A stretch of DNA of 64,000 nt from contig JBHGNT010000005.1 in NCBI GenBank assembly GCA_043228905.1, positions 11,160,001 through 11,224,000 of the forward strand, written 5' to 3'. The position numbers and the translations under genes were made by a program. Positions 12,556 through 24,979 of this stretch are shown piece by piece. The notes under the pieces are model-generated. The model was not told where the DNA came from. It saw only the letters and a list, made by a program, of their open reading frames with translations, and searched no databases. Source of the stretch: Azolla caroliniana (taxonomy: Eukaryota > Plantae > Polypodiophyta). Numbering within the stretch: the first letter of the stretch is position 1; every line of letters begins with the position of its first letter.

Positions 12556-13872
12556 ATGTCCGAGTTTCACGAATCCGATTGGGCTGGACACCAAGGAACA
12601 TGGGCAACATTTGTGAAGATCAAGCAAAAATATTGGTGGAAGAAAATGTACAAAGATGTCACGGAGTTCACGGAAAGCTGCGAGAAATGTCAAGTCTACT
12701 ATGGGGTTCGACATCGAGATGAGTTACATCCGACATTCTCACCGACAATCAACTTCAAGTGGATGGTTGACATAGTGGCCATGCCGACCGAGATCAGACA
12801 AAAGAAATACTTGGTATTAGCTTGGGAAGATCTCACGAATCAAGTAGAAGGTCGAGCGCTTCAGAGGAAAACGTGTTCCGCGGTATGCCAATTTCTTTTG
12901 GAGGAAGTATTTTGCAGGTACGGGTGCGTAGGGCAAGTGATTGCGGACCAGGGAGAACTCGACTCGGACAAAGCTAGGGGGTTCTTCGCCAAACACGGAG
13001 TTCGGTTATCGCTGACAACGGCAAACAATCCGGAGGCCAACGGGAAAATCGAACGAGGACATAGTCTGATCGTGAAAGCACTTGCGAAGGCATGCGATGG
13101 AAAGGTGAAGGACTGGCCGCAGATGCTTCCGTATGCACTATGGGCGGATCGGACGACGCATAGCTCCGTAACCGGTTACATGCCGACAGAACTCATGACC
13201 GGACAAGCACCGGTAATGCCGACGGAAACCACGATCGCAACATGGACAGTGCTACCGTGGAAGAAAGAGATGAGCCGGGAAGAACTACTAGTGGTCCGGA
13301 TACGACAACTAGAGGGAAGACCGGCAGACATAGCGGAAGCAATACGCCGACAACAAGAAGCACGGTTCCGGAACAAAAGCCGATTCGACACAAAGCACCG
13401 ACTACGACCGAGGAGGATTGAAGAAGGAGATTGGGTGATCGTCTATGACAGTAGTTTGGACCATCAACATACAACGATGCGGAAATTCGCGAAAAGGTGG
13501 TTCGGGCCATACGAGGTTCGGAAAGTCTTCGACAACGGAACGTACCGACTGTCCGAGTTGGATGGAACAATGCTACGAGTGCCTATAACCGGGAAGCGGG
13601 TAAAGATTTTCAAGAAGCGGACTGACGACAAACCCTATGTGATCCAAGCCAAGTCCGACAACAAGGAGCAATCGGACGAAGACCACGGTGATGCGGGAAG
13701 CGAAGAAAGTGAATTACAACTCATAGTCGACATTAGGGGAGAATCGGAGGAAGCTTTGGGTGAAGACGGATATGAGGAATCGAGAACTTCGACACATACC
13801 GGAGGATGTGCGGGTTCGGAGGGGGCGAGTGTCGTAGTGTATTCCACACACTACGTGAAAACCATAAAATAA
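12556..13872 (+). CDS. Ty3/gypsy integrase (HHCC, rve core, GPY motif), uninterrupted 438-aa ORF of a 5'-truncated element (~12245-14510)
   Basis: HESDWAGH...CEKC zinc finger, WMVDIV, ADQGE, NPEANGKIERGH, WFGPYEV; PPT GGAGGGGGCGAG precedes TGTCGTAG at 13830. Confidence 0.9.
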   Translation: MSEFHESDWAGHQGTWATFVKIKQKYWWKKMYKDVTEFTESCEKCQVYYGVRHRDELHPTFSPTINFKWMVDIVAMPTEIRQKKYLVLAWEDLTNQVEGRALQRKTCSAVCQFLLEEVFCRYGCVGQVIADQGELDSDKARGFFAKHGVRLSLTTANNPEANGKIERGHSLIVKALAKACDGKVKDWPQMLPYALWADRTTHSSVTGYMPTELMTGQAPVMPTETTIATWTVLPWKKEMSREELLVVRIRQLEGRPADIAEAIRRQQEARFRNKSRFDTKHRLRPRRIEEGDWVIVYDSSLDHQHTTMRKFAKRWFGPYEVRKVFDNGTYRLSELDGTMLRVPITGKRVKIFKKRTDDKPYVIQAKSDNKEQSDEDHGDAGSEESELQLIVDIRGESEEALGEDGYEESRTSTHTGGCAGSEGASVVVYSTHYVKTIK

Positions 13873-14510
13873 TATATCCGATTTTAGATACATATAAATA
13901 AATAAATAATATATCAAAATATTTATCACGTGCATAAGGCAGCATTCAAACCCTATACCTCCACGTAGCCAAACCTCAACTTTACCATTATGCTACCTTA
14001 TCTTTAGTGTTCTACAAATGGATTTAATAACTATAAGTGCTTTATTTGCGCCTACCTTTATTAAAAGGTAAATCATGCATTTTTAGAGTGCGTGAATATT
14101 TTATAGAAAAACGCAAGCAACTAAAAAGTGACTCATGCACATCTAGCGTGCATGAGCACTATATTTAGCAAATAAAAGCAAGGATTAGAAAAGCATCACA
14201 TGCACATTTAGTGTGCATGAACATATTAGAAAAAAGCATGTAGCTATGCTTAGTCTCTCCCATCACTATATAAGGATGGGGAGCACATTGTAGTTTTTGT
14301 TGATTTTTTTTCTATAATGATCAATCAATCTAAAATATTCGTGGGATTCACGAATTTGCTAAAATAATTCTCTCTTACTACCTAAATATTGACTAAATAT
14401 ACTAAACACGTGGGATTCACAAGATTCTTATCTTATAACTCTTTATACCTATTCTTTACTAGCCTTATTTGTATTTTTCTTTGTCCTAGTCCAAAACCTC
14501 AGTGGTTCCC
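13830..14510 (+). repeat. 3' LTR (truncated) of the gypsy element above
   Basis: Begins TG directly after the PPT; TATAA and CT-rich stretch; end replaced by chromovirus gag. Confidence 0.6.
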
Positions 14511-15555
14511 ACCCAACTCACGCAACGATCCAAAGCCGAAAGGCACGACAACGCAATGACGTCAAGGATTTACTCTTGACCTTCCCCGAAGAGCCAAAGT
14601 CCTTAACAGAAGCAATCAGTCGCGCGGTGAGATGTGACAACCGCCTCTTTGAGCGACGTTTGGAACGATAGCTACAAATGTCGAGGGCAAGATCAGAGCC
14701 CACCTACGCCTCAGTGGTATCAAGACCTTTTCCGAGGGAGTCATATAATGTGTCTCCAGCGAATACTCCGACTCCGATGGAGATTGACACTACACGTCGT
14801 CGAGGGCCATTATCCGAAGAAGAAAAGCAGCGACGCCGTACAAATCGACTATGTCTTTACTGCGGTGGACCAGGACATATTGCAATAAATTGCCCCGATA
14901 GGCCAAGAAGACAGGTAAACCAAATAGTCGCTAGTTCTAATTGTACTAAACCCGAGCCTATTTTAGTAGGGATATCTGATAGTCCTAATAGTACTAATAG
15001 CCCAGATCTAGCGAACAGATTTGATGTCCTTAGTCAGTTACAAGAAGAGTTAAACGACTAAGTCCAGCCAAAATAGGAGCCGTTTGGTTAGATAGCCCTA
15101 GATCTGTGCAGCCCATTAGTGGTTCCATTCCCTCTAAGCAAGTTAGTGATGTGTTCGTAGCCCAAGTAATAGTTAGTACTAAAAGTACCCCTCCAGTACA
15201 TGTCCTAGCATTCCTAGATTCCGAAGCTAACTCTTGCTTTATGGATAAGAAATTTGCTCAAGCTCATAAGATATCCCTAAGAAAACTCCAATGTCCAGCC
15301 TCTATAGTAGTCATTGATGGACGTCCCATTGCTTCCGGAAATATCATAGAAGAGTCAGAGCCCATTAATATTGTCCTAGATAACTTAGCATGTGTAGTAT
15401 CATTTAATATTATTAGTATCCCAGAACATCCCATAGTTTTAGGATTACCGTGGTTCGAGTTCCATAACCCAGACATAGATTGGAGAACAAGAGAAATCCG
15501 GTGTCAACAAACCCAAGGGTCAACTCAGAAGATGGTAACCATTTCGCTACGTTAG

Positions 15556-18500
15556 TTGCGTAAAGAAGGGCGTGAGGAGGACATGTTCCTCTTTGCAATA
15601 TTAGTAAACCCCTCCAGCACCACTAAAGAAGAATCCACTGTTCAACTTCCCGAGAAGTATCGTCATTACGCCGATGTGTTCGATAAACTACAAGCCAACA
15701 CACTTCCTCATCATCGACCCTACGATTGCCCCATCGATTTACAACCGGGAAAAGAGCCGCCATGGGGACCGATCTACAATTTGTCACCAACCGAGCTGGA
15801 AGTCCTTCGGGCCTATATCGAGGAGAATTTGGAAAATGGTTTCATTCGACATTCGAAATCTCCAGCTGGCGCGCCCATTTTCTTCGTCAAGGAAAAAGAT
15901 GGATCGCTTTGTCTCGTTGTATATTACCGTGGCTTGAATAAGGTTACAATCAGGAATAGATATGCTCTTCCCCTTATCTCAAGTCTTTTAGAATGGATCA
16001 ATGGTGCTAGGTTCTTCACGAAGATCGACTTACAGGAAGCATATAACCTCGTACGGATCCGACCAGGAGACAAATGGAAGACCGCGTTTCGCACCAGATA
16101 TAGGCACTTCGAGTATACGGTCATGCCGTTCGGCCTCACTAATGCGCCGGCAGTCTTCCAACACATGGTTAATGATATATTCCGAGATCTATTGGATGAT
16201 TGTTTGATCATCTATTTGGATGATCTACTGATTTATTCAAAGACCCAAGAAGAACATGATTCTCATGTACTATTAGTACTAAAACGACTTCAAGAACATG
16301 GTCTGTATGCAAAGCTGGAAAAATGTAGTTTCGGGTGCAACCAAGTGGAATTTCTCGGGTACATCATTTCGTTAAAAGGCATCTCCATGGACCCAGCTAA
16401 GGTCAAAATGGTGGTAGAATGGCAGACTCTGCGTTCGGTGCGGGATGTGCAATGCTGCCTAGGCTTTGCCAATTTTTACCAAAAGTTCATACAAGATTAC
16501 TCAAAGATCGTTCTACCTCTCACACAACTTACCAGGAAGGGACAACTATTCATCTGGTCTAAAGAAACGGACATGGCTTTCGAGAGTCTGAAAAAGGCAT
16601 TTACATCGGCTCCAATTCTAGCTCATGTCGATCCGGAAAAACCATTCATTATCGAAGCTGACGCATCGGATTTTGCATTGGGGAGCATTCTGTCACAACA
16701 GGGGAATGATGAGAAGCTACATCGTGTGGCTTTTCACTCACGCAAGTTTGACGCCGCCGAAATCAACTACGAAATTCCTGATAAGGAGCTATTGGCAATA
16801 GTGGATTCCTTTATGCAATGGAGGCATTTTCTGGAGGGATCCTCTCATCCGGTCACTGTATTTAGTGACCACAAGAACCTTGCCTACTTTCAAGATGCTC
16901 GTGTGTTGAATCGACGTCAAGCTCGGTGGGCCCACTTCCTCACGCTTTTCGACTTCAAAATTACATATCGTCCGGGGAAGCACCAAGGGAAGGCAGATGC
17001 ATTATCACGACGTTCGTATCTAGCACCCCGTCCCGGCGAGCCAGCTTTCGATAACCAAAAACAAGTCATCTTGGGACCGGCACGACTACAAGCAACACAG
17101 ATCTTTGACATGCCCATGGATTCCCGCGTTATCGATACCATACGCGAAGACTTGAAGACAGATGCGTTCGCCCAAGCTATACTAGCACAAATTGATCCCT
17201 CTCGCGCGTCGTGTTCACAGTCGCAACCACCAGGTACGGACTATCAGCAATTCAAATACCATGATGGATTACTCTTCTTTAAAGAACTTTTGTATGTTCC
17301 TAATGGTTCTTGCCGCCTTCAAGTAGTACAAAACTGTGATGACACATATACAGCTGGGCATTTTGGTAGTACTAAAACATTACATTTAGTACAACGATCA
17401 TTCTGGTGGCCCTGTATGCGACAATTTGTCGAGGATTTTGTTCAGACTTGTGATACATGCTGTAGAGCGAAAATGCCAAGGCATCATCCATATGGTTTAT
17501 TAGAACCATTACCAATTCCAAGCTAGCCGTGGCAATCCATTGCTCTAGACTTCATCACAGATCTTCCAGTCTCTAAGGGGTTCAATGCGATTCTAACGGT
17601 GGTCGATCGATATACGAAGATGGCTCATTTCTTGCCATGTACTAAGGAGATCTCCAGTGAAGACACTGCCGAAATTGTCCTGCATGAAGTATGTCGGCAT
17701 CATGGACTTCCCGATAGTATCATCAGCGACCGTGGACCCCAGTTCGTGTCAAAATTCTGGAAGCACCTTTTTAACATGCTCAAGGTCACTTGTAACCTCT
17801 CCTCCGGCTACCACCCCCAAACCGATGGCCAAGCCGAACGAACCAATCAAACGCTGGAGCACTATCTACGGTGCTTTCTCAGCTATCATCAGGATGACTG
17901 GGCAGATATTCTCCACTTCGCCGAATCTATAACAACTCTATCCACGCATCCACTAAAGTTACGCCATTTTATGCTTATACGGGATGTCACCCCCGGTGGT
18001 GTGTACTTGAAACCCCAGAGGTGTCCACAAATCCTTGCGCAGAAGATCGTTTGGAGAAGTTACGCAAGATACAAGCGGATGTATCTACTCACCTCCAACA
18101 AGCTCAACAAACACACAAGGTTTATGTGGATCGTCATCGACTCCCATCTAGTTTTAACATTGGAGATCGGGTATGGCTACTCCGACGGCACATCAAGACC
18201 ACTCGCCCATGCGAGAAGTTGGATTATCGGCGATTAGGTCCTTTCCGTATTATAGGAAAGATTAATGATGTCGCTTTTCGTCTTGATCTACCTCCACAAC
18301 TTCGGATACATCCGGTGTTTCATAGTTCTCTCCTCGAACCCTATCAAGAGAGCACCATCCCAGGACGTATTACACAGCCTCCACCCCCGATCGAGCTTGA
18401 AGATGGACCTGAGTACGAGGTTGCCGCCATCCTTGATTCCAAGCTTGTTCGCAACAAGCTCTACTATCTAGTCGATTGGCTAGGATATAGTCCCAACCAG

Positions 18501-18641
18501 CGTACTTGGGAACCGATAGAGAATGTCACCAACGCTCGTGCTCTTCTTGAAGACTTCCATCGTCAATATCCAGACAAACGGGGTCCTCAATCCAAAACGA
18601 CTCGTTACACTCGTCGTTTTAAAGGGGGGATAGTGTCATGA
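15556..18641 (+). pseudogene. Chromovirus pol (RT-RNase H-INT-chromodomain) with a few stops and frameshifts
   Basis: ORFs 15556-17526, 17599-18237 and 18021-18641. Confidence 0.92.
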
Positions 18642-18718
18642 TATGGCAAGACTCGAACCCATGACCTTATGCTACATGGGTCGAGCTCTTGACCATTAGA
18701 GTATACATTGTAATACGT

Positions 18719-19397
18719 TGTTGCGTTGTTACGCGCATGCATGTAGAAGGGCGGGACCACGGGGGTCTTGGACTAGGGAGCGGAGGAGAAAGATTAGCTC
18801 AAGAGGAGAAGAGAACGAATATGACATTATGATAGAAGAAGAAGATGCAATCAAGATACTCAACAAGAAGTTCTATTAAGAAATGAATGATTACAACAAA
18901 TGGTGGCCGCCATGGCCGCACCAAACGACTATATGAAAAACCCTAAAGGAAAACCCAAGAAGAAAACCCTAACCGAAACCCTAACCCTAAAACGAAATGG
19001 GAAGAAGTAGAACCCTCGACTAAGTGGTATACCTTACTCACACAAAATAGGCAACCCCCACAATGGTGCCTTCTCTCTCCTTTTATAGCACAAGGAGGGA
19101 AGACCGCTTACAAAAGTGAGACTAAAATATCCCCTTTCATTCAAAGGGGATATTTGCCTTGATTTGGGGGAGGGTGAGATTGATGGCCCCTTAACTCCCA
19201 CCTCCTCACAAACAACTAGGTACCTATGTACCGCATAGTACCTCTCTCTCTCTCTCTCGCGTCGATGTGCGTACAACCACATCACCTTTATACCTTTATT
19301 ACTATTACAAATACATTATGTACGTGTGCAACGTTGCACATCACTCTTTGGCTCTCGTTGCTCGGGTTTCCGCTTGTGGACGAAAATCTTCACGACA
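18719..19397. repeat. Solo LTR nested in the chromovirus LTR, 4-bp TSD ACGT
   Basis: TGTTGCG...CACGACA flanked by ACGT at 18715-18718 and 19398-19401. Confidence 0.75.
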
Positions 19398-19765
19398 ACG
19401 TAGAATATTATTTTCATTTATGTTTTATTATAGAATATTGATGTATATTCCAGATTTCTCTGGAACATTCTAGAAACTTCAGGAGTATTCCTTAGAACAC
19501 TATAAAAGGAGGCACAAGGCATTATTTCGAACCAAATCGGTTCAACGCCAGTCTTAAACCTCCTAGCTACTGTACATTTTCTTCACATAATATATATCTT
19601 TTCTTATCATCACTCTCTCTCTCTCTCGATCTCTCTCTCCCTCCCTCTCACTCACTCTTTCCTTCTCTCGAGAGTTCTTCACCTCTCTTAGTACTAATAC
19701 TTCTTTTAGTACTAATTCCTTCTCTGTCTTAGTACTGTTCCTGACAATAAACAAGGTAATCAAAA

Positions 19766-20160
19766 TGTTGGGAAACAAGTCCCTCTGGATAGGAAGCACG
19801 AACCAGATTGAAGTTCAAGGAATGAAGCGGATGGGAAGCAGAGCATGAGCCAGATCCATTGGATCCGAAGAAGAAGAAAAACCGGATTCGGATAGGCATC
19901 CGGAAAGGTCATATTTGTAAATAGATCTTGCTCGCCTATTTGGGCCAGAATTGTAAATAGCCCTAAAGTTGTATTAATATAAATACAACTAGGGAAAATC
20001 ATTATTGTGCCTGAGAGAGGAGTAGTCATTGTTATTGTAAAGTTATAGTTGGTAGTTCGCTCTGTAATGGAGGGTGTGTAGGAGAGAGAGTGAGTAAGAG
20101 TTGTAACTCTATTGCGATTGTCGTCTAACGAAGAGGAGCTCAAGGTTGTTGCCTTACAAT
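19766..20160 (+). repeat. Truncated family B LTR
   Basis: TGTTGGGAAACAAGTCCCTCTGGAT start as at 8839 and 48735; breaks at a T-run near 20162. Confidence 0.7.
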
Positions 20161-20499
20161 CTTTTTTTTTTTTCATAAAAATTATCCTCCATTAGTATTA
20201 AGAGTAAAGTAGCCAAAGGCAAGATACAAAATAATCCAACATTACAATGAATAATGTGTAGCCAATCTTTCTAGATAAAGATAAAGGGAAGTTACAAGAT
20301 AATATCGGTGAACTTCCCCCTAAGTAATATTGTTGCCCTACCAGCGTCCATAGCACCAAGTAATGTTGATGCCATGCCAAAGGCCCTAGCATCAATTCCA
20401 TCGTATTCAACATTCACAATCATTCCTTGATCGCTGGTACATGTAAGATTTCATCATCTCCAATTGATCTAGATGAGCCTACTATATGAAAATACTGGT

Positions 20500-21730
20500 T
20501 CTCTACTCAATCCACTCCCCTCAGACCCTCATGAAAATTTTCTTTTGCCTCCACCACCATCTTCTCTCATCGTTGTATAAACTAAATAAAATAAAATAAA
20601 ATAAATGTGCTTCAAACTATTTCCACATCAGCCATCTCTCCATTTTCCATGAAATTCCTGTATAGACAACAAAGAAAAAATTAGTTGTCCTCATCCACTC
20701 ATGACATTTTGCTTCAACCCTCGACAACATCCTCACACATCCTTTCAAAAATAAATCAACTTCCTTTTCCGCAACATCCATCTTATCAGTTATTGCCCGA
20801 GTCGTGAATCTCTCTATTTTCAGCAATTTCCTGTACATACACAAAATATAATTAATCCACTCTCCTCACACCTCATAAAACCTTGCTTCTACCTTTGCCA
20901 CCATCTTCACTCATCATTCTGAAAAGTGAAAGTAAATAAGACTGCTTCAAAAACTTCCAAGTCAACTATCTCTCCTTTTGCATCAAGATCCTGCTGTCAT
21001 TCATCACCTGAGTCTTGTACCTACAAAAAACACAGAATGAATCCACTCTCTTGAAACCGTTATGAAACCTTGCTTCTACCTCCACCACCATCTTCACTCA
21101 TCCTTCCAAAATTAAATTAGCTTCATTTTCCACTACACCCATCTTGCCATTCATCTCCCGAGTCTTGTACCTACAAAAATCAGAATGAATCCATTCTCCT
21201 GAAACCCTCATGAAAACTTGCTTCGGCCTCCGCCACCATCTTCACTCATCCTTTCAAAATAAATCAGCTTCATTTTTCCACTACAACCATCTTGCCCTTC
21301 GTCACCCGAGTTCTGTACCTACAAAAAGAAAACCAGAAGGAATCCACTCTCCTCAAACCCTCTTGAAACCTTGCTTCTGCTGCCGCCACCATCTTCACTC
21401 ATCATTCTAAAAACTGAAAATAAATAAGTTTGCTTCAATAAAAACTTCCACATCAAAACAGCTCACCATTTTGCATCAAAATCCTCTCCACTTTCAACAC
21501 TTTCTTGTATATATACACTCCTCATACCATCATGAAAATTTGTATTTGCCTCCGTCCCCGTCTTCATTCATCATTCTAAAAGTTATAATACCTAAATCTG
21601 CTTCAAAATAATTCCACAACAACACTTTCGCCATTTTCACCAAGTTCTTGTATAGACAACAAACAAAATGAATGAACTGTCCTCATGAAATTTTGCTTCA
21701 ACCCGCAACATCCTCACTCATCCTTGCCAC
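20500..21730. repeat. Degenerate tandem repeat array (~7 units, ~140-200 bp spacing)
   Basis: Recurring AATCCACTCTCCTCAAACCCTCATGAAAAC..GCTTC..CCACCATCTTCACTCATC. Confidence 0.75.
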
Positions 21731-24529
21731 ATTGTATACACTAGGAACGGTGCTGGTGGCGGAAACAACCAACGAGGTGGAACGTAATTCCACTTTACAT
21801 CATCACCTGTAGCCAACAAATAGGAATAGCTGCCCAAACTCTACGAATTCTTCTTCTTTTCCGGTTAGCTTTATTTCCATCACCCTTATAACTATCATAC
21901 TTACCTTTTACTGTATGTATCAGTAATTCCCAAAATGTCTTAACCTGATCCACAAAATGAATTTGTTCATCGTTGTATAGTTTGGAACATCTCGCTTTCC
22001 ACAAAACCCATAGGGCCAAAGAGGAAACAATCTGCCAAACATAACACCGCGAGAAGAACTTGATTCCCGGTACGGAGTTTGAAATAGAGTACACCTGAAA
22101 ACGTTTTACCTGTAAAGTCAATGAAGAATTATGATAATGATAAAAAACCTTTTGATGATCCAACGTTCCCCAAAATACTGCACCCCACGTGAAAATGGCT
22201 GACCTATACTTACGACCTAATAACCTAAGAATTCGAAACCAAAAACTTTTGGCCGCAACACATTACCAAAAAACATGATGCAATGTCTCAACTGCAAACC
22301 CACACATAACACATGATCTGTCAGACATTGTTCCCCTCAATAAACCTCCTACTAGCAAGGTGTAATGAATCATCAACCATCGAAAATGTAATACCTTATT
22401 CATACACTTAAGTGACCAAAATTGTTTCCAGAACTTCAACATATGCGAGGACGACACATTACCTTCCTCCCAATATTTTTTCCCCGTAGGTACCGATTCA
22501 ATCTGATTCAAAAGAAAATTCCTTCCAAACGCCACAGAATATGTGAAGAATGGGAGGACCTTCGTTTGCGAAGTGTCGGATTTGTACAGCTTCCAACCAT
22601 AATCAGACGGATCCCAATGCAAATAAGCAGTTGGCCTAGATTGTAAAACCCAAATATTAGATGAATATTTAGCAATTAAGGGATTAGGATCTATAAAGAT
22701 CTTTTTATGTAATTAAGCAATTACTCGCACTGGTAACTGATTTGCAGAAGACATAATTGGAGCCTCCTCCTCCACTACAAACATTCTACCATTATCCAGA
22801 ACTTCATAAAAATATAGGCTGCCATTTTGATGGTATAAACGAGCTCCTATAAGTATATTAAGAGTCGAAAACATATCATACCAATTCTGAAAATGGTCGA
22901 ATTGCATAGTTGGCATTGTTACCTGAAATACCGTGGACACTTGAGAGAACATAATATTTGCCCCTCTTAAATTAGACAACCTATTCCTCTGGTCCTGTGC
23001 TGAAGTCTCCGAAAACTTTAGCCACTCCACAACCGTAGGGTGGGGCCACTATCCAATGCCACCCAAGATAACCTAGGCCATAAACCCGAAACACATGCAG
23101 CTTCATCAGTAAAGAAAGGATTCCATAACAATGGTTGACGCATGAATTGAGAACGAGTTTTTGGTGGCAAGAAAACAAGTGCTTAACGAATACGTTCTCA
23201 TGCATGACTAATTCCATTAAAGAACCGTAAAGACCCAACAGACGACTTAGGTAAAGGAAAATCCAAATTAAAGAACCATTTAAGACTATCCCTCCATTGA
23301 CCACCTATCGATGGCTTAAACTTATGTAGATGAAGAATCCATAACTTTTTCCATAATTCCTCTCCAGGTAATAAACTTCTAACAACATGTTTAGCTAGTA
23401 ATGCCTTACTTTGCATTAAGGGATCAATCAAACGTAAACCACCTTTCTATTTAGACTGTATAAGAACCGACCAATCGACCTTTGCTACAGGAGTGTGTGA
23501 ACTAGCATGCCCCCAAATAAAATTTCGCACTAGACGTTGAACTTTAAGCATTACTGACCTAGAAAACAACCATGTAGATGCAATATACCAAATCAAGGAC
23601 AAAAGCACCGAATTTGCAACAACTACACGTCCTGCTAAGGACAACTTTGCCTTATTCCAATATATTAACTTATTTCTTAATCTTAACAACAAAGGTGCTA
23701 TCATATCTTCTGCATTTAATCCCAAACCCACTCTACATCCTAGATACCTAATAGAATGACCTGTATGTATCCATGTAAATCCTGAACTAAATACATTAAT
23801 CGGCGGATCTCCCTCAGCCACCCAAAAACCTGATGATTTATCCCAATTAATCAATGCACCCGATGCTTGTGAGAAGTCATCCATAGCTTTTTGAACCTGC
23901 AATAAATTAACTTGTGAGGCTTGAACATAGAGAGTTGTGTGCATTACAATATAGTGTTGAAACTCCTCGGATCCATCTGTTTGGAAAACCCATCCTAAGC
24001 AAAGTACCCTCCATAAAATCCCAATCCACTCTGTTATAAGCTTTCTCAAAATCAAGAAATAACACTGCCAAATCTTGCTTATGTAATTCAGCGAAGGCAA
24101 CCATTTCCCAAAAAAGAATAATATTATCAAAAATACTCTGTTCTTTCATAAAACCAGTTTGGGAAACATGAATTAACTCAGAAAGGTAAGGTTGTAGACG
24201 TCTAGCTATATTTTTTGCTAATAACACTGGGACATTTGAAACAAGTAATATGTTGCATTTTGAGAACTGTCCATCAAAAAATGACACAAATTAGGGTGAT
24301 TCACAAAAAGGGGTGCGTAAAGGAATTTTAAAAATGACCCAAAAATATATTGATTTTGAACATGTACGGAAATTTAGGTGTTCAAAAAAATGCCTAAATA
24401 ATGGACATGCCAAACTTACAAATGAATGTCCAAAATGACTAACCCCAATATTTATAGAAATTCTGAATCCAAATCTTGATGTGCAATACAATATTTATAG
24501 TTAACGTATCAGGACAATCATTTTTCAAG

Positions 24530-24900
24530 TTTATGTCATCATCTTCATACCCATTAGATGAACTAGTACGAGTTTATGAGGTCTCATCCTCATCATCAAT
24601 GGCAACTAATGCATTGTGTTGATCCAATTGCAATCCAACCTCATCGAGTTTATGAGTCATGCTTCTTGTTTGTCATTGTGTTGTGTCTGAAGCCACATTC
24701 CAGATCCTCTTTTAGTATCTTCATTGTGGTCTGTCACAGATAACTTGTTTTGGTCAAAGATAAGTCATACACTAATATATAAACATTATCCAATGTAAGA
24801 GTAGATGTGCTTGATGCATCTTTCCTCACTTTTTGGTTATGATATTTCATTATGTACTTTCCATTTACAAGATTAGATTATGTGAGAGAAGCTTTCTACC
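24530..24900 (-). pseudogene. C-terminal remnant of the putative transposase gene
   Basis: Translates GKY..TSTLTLDNVYILVYDLSLT..MKILKEDL..LDQHNALVAIDDEDE, matching 48150-48500 (SKY..TSNLDMQDVDIIVYDFTLT..IIKEKL..LDEDNALIGTSDDDEDE). Confidence 0.7.
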
Positions 24901-24979
24901 AAAATCATTAGAATCTAAAAAATGTCTTAAAGAAGTTTTCCATTTTTCTTAGATTCTCATAGTAAGCCTTTGATGTCGT

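Larger units (their letters stand above)
14514..19746 (+). mobile_element. Chromovirus (Tcn1-like Ty3/gypsy), 5'-truncated, with chromodomain and 3' LTR
   Basis: gag CCHC (CLYCGGPGHIAINC), protease (FLDSEA), RT (YLDDLL), RNase H (DASD), INT, chromodomain EYEVAAILDS..YLVDWLGY..TWEP; PPT AAAGGGGGGATAG; LTR TGTCATG 18634 to ..TGACA 19746. Confidence 0.93.

Noticed and set aside
18634-18715. Functional tRNA genes (also ~28900, 52100 and 54200)
   Set aside because: Only box-like motifs are present, I could not fold a convincing cloverleaf, and all lie inside LTRs.
18935-18990. Interstitial telomere
   Set aside because: Only scattered single motifs inside an LTR, not a tandem array.
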